Assembly: GCA_017623615.1 (NCBI GenBank)
Contig: JAGAOT010000014.1
Coordinates: 78,958 to 110,957 of the forward strand
Source of the DNA: Clostridia bacterium
Lineage (GTDB): Bacteria; Bacillota; Clostridia; Oscillospirales; Acutalibacteraceae
Direction: 5' to 3'
Length of the DNA: 32,000 nt
Within the stretch, counting starts at the first letter, position 1, and every line of letters begins with the position of its first letter. This document shows, one piece after another, positions 27,275-32,000 of the stretch. Below the pieces are notes generated by a model. The model saw only the letters and a program-made list of their open reading frames with translations, was not told where the DNA came from and ran no database searches. A program made the translations under genes and the position numbers.

Positions 27275-27299
27275 GGGGAACGGTTTTGAGCCGTTCCCT
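27275..27299. terminator. Bidirectional terminator hairpin
   Basis: GGGAACGG (27276-27283) / CCGTTCCC (27291-27298), with T-rich flanks on both strands. Confidence 0.7.
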
Positions 27300-27305
27300 G
27301 TTTCT

Positions 27306-27893
27306 TTATGTCTCCAAAAGAGAAAGATATTTATAAACCGTGTTTCTACTCAGACCGCAGACCCTTGCGAACTCAGAAAGATTCAGATTGCCCGATTTGA
27401 ACGCAGGATAATGTCTGTAAAACACTTGCGGAATCGCATCCGTTGTTGTTTGCGGTCGCCCGATTTTCGCTCCCTTTGCTTTGGCATTTGCCATTCCTGA
27501 ACGCACTCTTTCACGGATGATTCTGAGTTCGAGTTCCGCAAACACTCCCGACATCTGAATGAACGCATTTGTCATGGGGTCAATCTGACCGTTTGAACAA
27601 TCAACCGTAATACTCCCCACAATTACGAGACGGAGCTTATTATCCTTTACGGTTTCGATAATTTCACAAAGTTGCTTTGTGCTTCGGGCAAGTCTTGAAA
27701 CTTCAAGAGTATAAATTGTGTCTCCTTCCTGAGCCTGTTCCAAGAGGGATGAAAGCTCCTGCTTCACGGCACTGTCGCCGTGTTCGTATTCAAGGAATAT
27801 TTCCGTTGCTCCTGCGGCTTTCAGTTCTTTAACCTGACGAAAAATATCTTGTTTGCTCTCATTAGTCGAGCAACGTGCATATCCGTAGTTCAT
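27306..27893 (-). CDS. Small serine recombinase (resolvase/invertase type) with C-terminal HTH
   Basis: 195 aa. N-terminal catalytic motif YGYARCSTNESKQD and the E-helix ELELRIIRERVRSG. C-terminal HTH LSEFARVCGLSRNTVYKYL. Confidence 0.9.
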   Translation of the reverse strand: MNYGYARCSTNESKQDIFRQVKELKAAGATEIFLEYEHGDSAVKQELSSLLEQAQEGDTIYTLEVSRLARSTKQLCEIIETVKDNKLRLVIVGSITVDCSNGQIDPMTNAFIQMSGVFAELELRIIRERVRSGMANAKAKGAKIGRPQTTTDAIPQVFYRHYPAFKSGNLNLSEFARVCGLSRNTVYKYLSLLET

Positions 27894-27907
27894 GATTTAT
27901 CTCCTTA

Positions 27908-28174
27908 TCAATCAACAAAGGTGTTGTATGTGAATTTTGCTCCAAGCTTAAAGCCTGCAATAAAACTGTCTGCGTTGCTTACACAAAGGAACTCACCCGA
28001 CTGTTTCAGATATGTGTCAAACAGTTCGCTTTCCGCATCGGTCAGGCTTGCGGCAAGCACACTCTCTGTCTGAGACAGAGCTTTTAATCTCTTTCTGAGT
28101 TCGGGTTTCAGCTCGGTTGTGATTTCCTGCGGCTCGATGTTTCCGTAATAAAATTCTTCAATAAAGTTCGGCAT
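27908..28174 (-). CDS. Hypothetical small protein (MGE-associated, EEFYYGNI N-terminus)
   Basis: 88 aa. SD GGAGAAAGGA upstream. Sits 14 nt upstream of the recombinase gene in the same operon. Confidence 0.6.
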   Translation of the reverse strand: MPNFIEEFYYGNIEPQEITTELKPELRKRLKALSQTESVLAASLTDAESELFDTYLKQSGEFLCVSNADSFIAGFKLGAKFTYNTFVD

Positions 28175-28223
28175 CTTTTATCCTTTCTCCGCCCCACTGT
28201 TGCGTGGGGCGGACTGTCTATTC

Positions 28224-28499
28224 TCAGCAGATTGAGAAGCGGCGGCTGCTGACCTGCTTTGTGAACTCCTTATACATTTCACCGTGCATCTTCTTGAATG
28301 CGGTGGTATCGAATCTCTGTGAGAGCACCGAAGTCCAACGGATGATATAAGCTCCTGCTTCAAGTTCCTCGGTGTCCTGTTCAAGCATCTCTGCTTTGAG
28401 TGCCTCTCTGATTGCCTCTGCTTCTGCCTTAGCATCCTCGATGATTGTTTCCCACTCTGCGAGAGCCTCGATTTTCTTGATGATTTCGTTGTTTGACAT
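28224..28499 (-). CDS. Hypothetical coiled-coil-rich small protein, first gene of the recombinase operon
   Basis: Start set at ATG 28499 (MSNNEIIKKIE), 8 nt after AAAGGAGA. The track start 28541 lies inside the promoter/operator region. 91 aa. Confidence 0.6.
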   Translation of the reverse strand: MSNNEIIKKIEALAEWETIIEDAKAEAEAIREALKAEMLEQDTEELEAGAYIIRWTSVLSQRFDTTAFKKMHGEMYKEFTKQVSSRRFSIC

Positions 28500-28554
28500 G
28501 GTTGTTATCTCCTTTGTTTTTATTTGTTTGGTGTGTATCAACTGTCTATATTAT

Positions 28555-28640
28555 AGCACTAAATATTAGTGCTGTCTATTGACATATTGCACTAACTTTT
28601 AGTGTAATCTTTGTGCAAATTTAGCACTTGATTTTAGTGC
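28555..28640. promoter_or_regulatory. Divergent promoter region with three palindromic operators (CI/Cro-like switch)
   Basis: O1 AGCACTAAATATTAGTGCT (28555-73, perfect). O2 GCACTAACTTTTAGTGT (28589-605). O3 GCACTTGATTTTAGTGC (28624-40). Leftward promoter is TAGACA (28573-78), 17 nt, TATAAT (28550-55), with O1 filling the spacer. Rightward promoters are TTGACA (28579-84), 18 nt, TGTAAT, and TTGATT (28628-33), 17 nt, TGaTAGAAT (28651-56). Confidence 0.7.
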
Positions 28641-28685
28641 AACAATATGATAGAATGATTACACTGGGAAAGGTGGTGCTAAAAT

Positions 28686-28904
28686 ATGGCATTACAGTAT
28701 AAGATTGATATTATGGATGCGTTAAAAAACAAAGGCTATTCTTCAACTAAAATCCGTGAAGAAAAACTTATCGGTCAATCATACCTTCAACAAATCAGAC
28801 ACGGCGAATTGGTATCATGGAAAACCATTGATACTCTTTGCTCCCTCTTAGACTGTCAGGTGGGCGATTTGGTTGAGTATGTAAAAGACCCCGATGCTCA
28901 GTAA
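28686..28904 (+). CDS. XRE/Cro-CI-family HTH regulator
   Basis: 72 aa. Typical short HTH protein with C-terminal TIDTLCSLLDCQVGDLVEYV. SD AAAGGTGGTG upstream. Confidence 0.8.
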   Translation: MALQYKIDIMDALKNKGYSSTKIREEKLIGQSYLQQIRHGELVSWKTIDTLCSLLDCQVGDLVEYVKDPDAQ

Positions 28905-29177
28905 AGGGGTGTTCGAGTTTCTTGAACAAATAACGGCGATTTTCGTGCGGAATACACCCGATTTTTACCGAGCTTAAAGTGTGAATGAAAGCAGTTGTTT
29001 TTCTGAACAGGGGTCAGGGGGTATATTTCGGGAGAATCAAAAACACTTTCGCCCTTTGCGGAATTGCGTGGCTCGTTCTCCGTCTGAATGTGATTTTTGT
29101 TTCGGATTACGGTTTATCCCGACCGCAAATGATAGAATGATTATTTCTCCGTCAAACAAACCAAAAGGAATATAAAC

Positions 29178-29224
29178 GAAAAAATACGGCAAACCGTGAG
29201 ATTGTCTCTCTTGGTTTGCCGTAT
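29178..29224 (-). terminator. Intrinsic terminator ending the TAG-containing operon (hairpin also usable on the plus strand)
   Basis: 12-bp stem ATACGGCAAACC (29184-95) / GGTTTGCCGTAT (29213-24), followed by ATTTTTTC on the minus strand. Confidence 0.75.
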
Positions 29225-29226
29225 TG

Positions 29227-29358
29227 TTATTTGAAATCTTTAAAGATTTTGTCAAATGCCATATCAAGTGCGGTTTTCATGCTCTTTTGCATAAAGGCAA
29301 GAATTTCCGCCTCGATTATGTTCTTCTTTTTCCGCTTTTTATCTTTTGGCTTCGCCAC
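29227..29358 (-). CDS. Small basic protein, 43 aa (operon gene E; no internal TAG)
   Basis: GTG 29358, 6 nt after AGGTGAA. Translation (M)AKPKDKKRKKKNIIEAEILAFMQKSMKTALDMAFDKIFKDFK, TAA stop. Not on the ORF track because it is under 60 aa. Confidence 0.5.
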   Translation of the reverse strand: MAKPKDKKRKKKNIIEAEILAFMQKSMKTALDMAFDKIFKDFK

Positions 29359-29360
29359 TG

Positions 29361-29546
29361 TTATTTCACCTCGCTTGTAAAGATGAATTGAACAGTTTCG
29401 GGTTCTTCCGAATCATGTAATGAGTTGAAGAAATTATCTCTCTGTTCTGTATAGTTTTCTATTGCAGATTTGCCGTTCATTTGATAATAAAACAAATCGG
29501 GAACTTTGCCCTATGCCCTGTTAAACTCCAATAAATCTTTATTCAT
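29361..29546 (-). CDS. Hypothetical 61-aa protein requiring TAG read-through (operon gene D)
   Basis: ATG 29546, 7 nt after GGAAGGAGAA. Translation MNKDLLEFNRA-[TAG 29511-29513]-GKVPDLFYYQMNGKSAIENYTEQRDNFFNSLHDSEEPETVQFIFTSEVK, TAA stop. Its start overlaps the gene C stop (ATGA). Confidence 0.6.
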
Positions 29547-29980
29547 ATATTTTCTCCTTCCATAATATCATCAAGGGATATATTCAATGCAACCCTGTTG
29601 ACTGTATAGCTTCTCCAATTTTCCTCTTTTGGAATCTGAGTGTTCAGCGGCGGCTAATACAGGCGGATGAAATATCCTTCTCTTTCTCCGATTTCTTCTT
29701 CGATTTCTGCTCTTGTTTTGCTCTTGGCGGTATAAAGAACATTGAATCTGACGTTATATCTCCGCCTATGGGCTTCCGCAAGAACTTTATATTTATTCTC
29801 TTTTGGATTTCCCATTGAAGCCCAATGTTCCGCCATTCGGTATAGAATATCTTTGCTTTTACCGATATAAACGATTTTATTGTTGACGGTTATTGAATAA
29901 ACCCCCGAACACTAAAACTTTTTACTCCATTCTTGCTCAATGTATTTGTTGTATATGTTCTGTATGTGTAAATTACTCAT
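29543..29980 (-). CDS. GIY-YIG nuclease-domain protein, 145 aa, requiring read-through of two TAG codons (operon gene C)
   Basis: ATG 29980, 7 nt after AAGGAAGGAG. Translation MSNLHIQNIYNKYIEQEWSKKF-[TAG 29912-14]-CSGVYSITVNNKIVYIGKSKDILYRMAEHW...EREGYFIRLY-[TAG 29654-56]-PPLNTQIPKEENWRSYTVNRVALNISLDDIMEGENI, TGA stop 29543-45. The track shows only the 60-aa fragment 29654..29836. Confidence 0.7.
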
Positions 29981-29995
29981 ATTCATTCTCCTTCC

Positions 29996-30478
29996 TTAAA
30001 ATACAAAATTACCGTGTTCGTCTGTTGAACACTCACTTACTTTTTGATTCTTTATATTGTTATAATTTATATTATTCGAGCTTATAATTTTCTCTATATT
30101 ATTATGCGTATTTTCAATAACCCCTGCTGAGGTATATTCAGAATTTGAAGGGGTATATTCATTGTCGGGGGAAGGGGTATTTTCAATATCCCTCTCCGCA
30201 CTTTTATAAATCGCATCATAATCAACGATGATTTCACCTTGCTGACCGTTTTCGCTTGGCTTGTGGATTATCCAACCTTTTTCAATCAGCTTTTTTCTTG
30301 CACTCTTATATGTTGTTTCTGACATTCCGCATCTGCTCATGACCGTCGCCTCAGGAACGGCAAAACTGCCGTTGTCTGCGTTTCCTGTCAGAAATAATAT
30401 CAGTTTCAGCTAAGCTCCTTCTTTGCCTGTCAGACCGTTAAATATTATTGATTCAAGGTGATTCGTTCTCATTGCCAT
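29996..30478 (-). CDS. Winged-helix (replication-initiator/DnaD-like N-terminus) protein, ~160 aa, requiring TAG read-through (operon gene B)
   Basis: ATG 30478 or 30472. Translation MAMRTNHLESIIFNGLTGKEGA-[TAG 30410-12]-LKLILFLTGNADNGSFAVPEATVMSRCGMSETTYKSARKKLIEKGWI..., TAA stop. The track ORF 29996..30340 starts in the middle of the HTH. Confidence 0.65.
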
Positions 30479-30509
30479 TCCCCACTTTTTATCCCTGTTT
30501 TTTTCTCCA

Positions 30510-30689
30510 TTAGCCCTCAGTATCGGTGCCTGAATAAAAACGCCCATAGCCGCAAATCCTCCACTATTCGCAAATAAATCTGATATACTGACTTGTATTC
30601 ATGTGATATTTTCTTGCCTACTCTTGGATTGCTTCCTTTTCTTTTTCAGTCAGGCGAAGGTCAATTTTTTTATCTTTTTTTGGACTCAT
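30510..30689 (-). CDS. Ribbon-helix-helix / MobC-like small protein, 59 aa, requiring read-through of one or two TAG codons (operon gene A)
   Basis: ATG 30689, 7 nt after AAGGAGAG. Translation MSPKKDKKIDLRLTEKEKEAIQE-[TAG 30618-20]-ARKYHMNTSQYIRFICE-[TAG 30564-66]-WRICGYGRFYSGTDTEG, TAA stop 30510-12. Confidence 0.65.
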
Positions 30690-30758
30690 TTTATCTCTCC
30701 TTTTACTTGTAAATTTTCTTTGAAATGAATTATCAGACGTTGTCCTACCTTCTAATAT

Positions 30759-30787
30759 ATTATACAAAAAATTTTTCTTAAAATCAA
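30759..30787 (-). promoter_or_regulatory. Promoter of the TAG-containing operon
   Basis: Minus strand TTGATT (30782-87), 17-nt spacer, TATAAT (30759-64), about 70 nt upstream of ATG 30689. Confidence 0.7.
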
Positions 30788-30803
30788 AAAAGAGCGGTCG
30801 CCG

Positions 30804-30840
30804 CAAACAAAAACGCCACTGAACAGTTGAGTTCAGCGGC
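30804..30840 (-). terminator. Intrinsic terminator after the upstream paralog gene
   Basis: Minus strand CCGCTGAAC / GTTCAGTGG (plus 30816-24 and 30831-39, one wobble), followed by CGTTTTTGTTTG. Confidence 0.7.
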
Positions 30841-30874
30841 GGACTTGCTTTATTAAAATACATATGGATTCCTC

Positions 30875-31342
30875 TTATGAAACTTTTTTAAGTTGGAGTT
30901 CTTCGCTCTTTGTCTCTTGGATTTCTTCCGAATCCTTTTTAATAGTCGGCATACCGTTATTTACGATTTCAGGATATTTCTCCAAAAACCAATTTTTTAT
31001 TTCGGGATAACGGTGTGCTTTCGAGTGGCATTCACTGATAAAAAGTTTATCATCAAGTTCTTGGAGAACAGCATCTCTTGTTTCAATGGGCTCAAATCTT
31101 CTGATAAATTCTCTCATATAATCATAAGTTAATCCCTCATAGTGTTCCTGATTGCCGTTGATTTTTATATCTTCACGAACAACAACCTTATAGCTCGGGA
31201 AACTCTTTATATATCCTGCATGTATTTTAAACTCCTTATTTTTGGGGTTCTTTGCTTTTTCCGCAAACCATTTGTAAAGGACAATTTGATTGTTAGCGTG
31301 GTCGAATCTTGCAGGGTTAATTCTTGTTTTAGTCTTTGCCAT
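30875..31342 (-). CDS. Hypothetical protein, paralog 1 (YxGLxYDYM ... WFLxxYPEI motifs)
   Basis: 155 aa. SD AGGAAAGGAAGG upstream, TAA stop. Shares two motifs with the upstream gene. Confidence 0.7.
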   Translation of the reverse strand: MAKTKTRINPARFDHANNQIVLYKWFAEKAKNPKNKEFKIHAGYIKSFPSYKVVVREDIKINGNQEHYEGLTYDYMREFIRRFEPIETRDAVLQELDDKLFISECHSKAHRYPEIKNWFLEKYPEIVNNGMPTIKKDSEEIQETKSEELQLKKVS

Positions 31343-31365
31343 AGTTATTTACCTTCCTTTCCTAA

Positions 31366-31821
31366 TTAAGCCACAACTCTGAGATTGGCTTTCTTTTCTT
31401 CACGAACCTTTGCTCTCTTGGCTTTAATTTCCTTAAGTGTCTTGTCGGTATCATTGTTGAATTCTTCGATTTCAGGATATGTCGCCAAGAACCACATTCT
31501 TACATCACCATAAGAGTATTCTTTGATAGCAACATCTCTTTCACCTTTTTCATTAAGACCCCTGAGCTTATAGAACATTTTAAGATTTTCTTCCTTATTG
31601 TCATGAGCTTCGATATATCGCTTCATGTAATCGTAATCAAGACCTTTGTAAGTATCTTTATTAGTTGAGTTTGCTTTTACAACGATTTCAAAATCAGGGC
31701 ATAATGTGCGGAGTTTTACAAGTTCATTGAACTTTTCACTGCCGAACTTTCCTGCTTCCTTAGCTTCTGTCTTTGTCATTTCGATTGTGTTTTTTTCAAA
31801 ATTAATTGTCATAGTTATCAT
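31366..31821 (-). CDS. Hypothetical protein, paralog 2
   Basis: 151 aa. ATG 31812 (MTINFEKNT) may be the real start, given the spacing from AAAGGAA. YKGLDYDYMKRYI and WFLATYPEIEEF match paralog 1. TAA stop. Confidence 0.7.
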   Translation of the reverse strand: MITMTINFEKNTIEMTKTEAKEAGKFGSEKFNELVKLRTLCPDFEIVVKANSTNKDTYKGLDYDYMKRYIEAHDNKEENLKMFYKLRGLNEKGERDVAIKEYSYGDVRMWFLATYPEIEEFNNDTDKTLKEIKAKRAKVREEKKANLRVVA

Positions 31822-32000
31822 TTCCTTTACTAAATTATTTTGCGGTAAGTCGCTACCTTATTTCAGCACTTCAGGTTTCACCGTTTGCCTCTTGGTTTCG
31901 TTCACTCCTTTCAGGCGTTTTGTTTTGGTGTGTTCCCCTCTGCTGTGTCTACAGTATATCACGCAACCACAATTTATCAGTCGTTATAAATGCAAAAAAC

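Larger units (their letters stand above)
23601..32000. mobile_element. Integrated mobile element (genomic island / satellite- or IME-like) at the 3' side of tRNA-Thr; right end outside window
   Basis: A tyrosine integrase sits immediately after the tRNA. Composition becomes visibly AT-richer than the backbone. MGE gene set present: WYL regulator, serine recombinase, XRE switch, RHH/MobC-like, Rep-like wHTH and GIY-YIG genes. No att repeat was found inside the window. Confidence 0.75.

Noticed and set aside
28647-29143. The 15-nt direct repeats flanking the XRE gene as res/att sites for the serine recombinase
   Set aside because: The first copy is fully explained as the extended -10 of the XRE promoter. 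There is no dyad symmetry typical of resolvase or invertase crossover sites. I kept only the promoter-duplication interpretation.
28905-29226. Suppressor tRNA, or the 64-aa ORF 28981..29175, in the 320-bp gap after the XRE gene
   Set aside because: I could not fold a cloverleaf or find a T-loop (GTTCGAnnC with complementary arms) or a CTA anticodon loop on either strand. The ORF starts with GTG, has no SD and has an implausible composition. The region is more likely regulatory, an origin, or RNA.
29361-30689. Explaining the interrupted genes A-D as ordinary pseudogenes in a decaying island
   Set aside because: All six interruptions are TAG. There is no in-frame TAA or TGA and no frameshift over about 429 codons. 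The SD sites, tight spacing and an ATGA stop/start overlap are preserved. Random decay should give mixed lesion types. This cannot be formally excluded without homolog comparison.
29361-30689. Pyrrolysine (Pyl) decoding of the TAG codons
   Set aside because: No pylT/pylS/pylBCD-like genes are in the window. The proteins are not methylamine methyltransferases. The one alignable TAG position fits Gln. Backbone genes use TAG as a stop. This remains untested for the rest of the genome.
30690-30863. N-terminal 58 aa of track ORF 30618..30863 (MYFNKASPPLNSTVQWRF...)
   Set aside because: This stretch runs through a terminator hairpin, a consensus promoter and the 5' UTR. The strong SD precedes the internal ATG 30689, so only MSPKK... 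onward is coding.

Overview
All calls come from reading the sequence and from motif memory; no searches were run. About 23.5 kb of the window looks like the chromosomal backbone of a Clostridia-like Firmicute, with genes mostly on the minus strand. In order it carries: a binding-protein fragment, a GPH sugar symporter, a sugar O-acetyltransferase, and a BlaI/BlaR1-type pair whose sensor has a very large non-canonical ectodomain. Next come a T-box leader in front of an HTH-cupin-acyl-CoA-synthetase fusion, a two-component system, and a nifU-like/GH38 alpha-mannosidase/phosphosugar-mutase operon. These are followed by nnr, a lipoprotein, a GH3 hydrolase, a patatin-like lipase and a GH125 alpha-1,6-mannosidase. 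Short GC-rich palindromic repeats and one MITE-like inverted-repeat element sit in intergenic DNA. The backbone ends at tRNA-Thr(GGU), 23525-23600. Downstream is a visibly more AT-rich integrated element that runs off the window. It holds a tyrosine integrase, a WYL regulator, a membrane-protein pair behind a structured leader, a small serine-recombinase operon, a CI/Cro-like switch with three palindromic operators and an XRE repressor. The main finding is a five-gene minus-strand operon (29227-30787) inside that element. Four consecutive genes (RHH/MobC-like, winged-helix Rep-like, GIY-YIG nuclease, a 61-aa protein) are interrupted by six in-frame TAG codons and by nothing else. There are no TAA or TGA interruptions and no frameshifts, Shine-Dalgarno sites are intact, and one read-through frame ends in an ATGA stop/start overlap with the next gene. 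Reading TAG as sense restores complete recognisable domains. This looks like amber stop-codon reassignment or obligatory suppression confined to one operon of a mobile element whose other genes, like the host genes, read normally. No CUA-anticodon tRNA is visible in the window.
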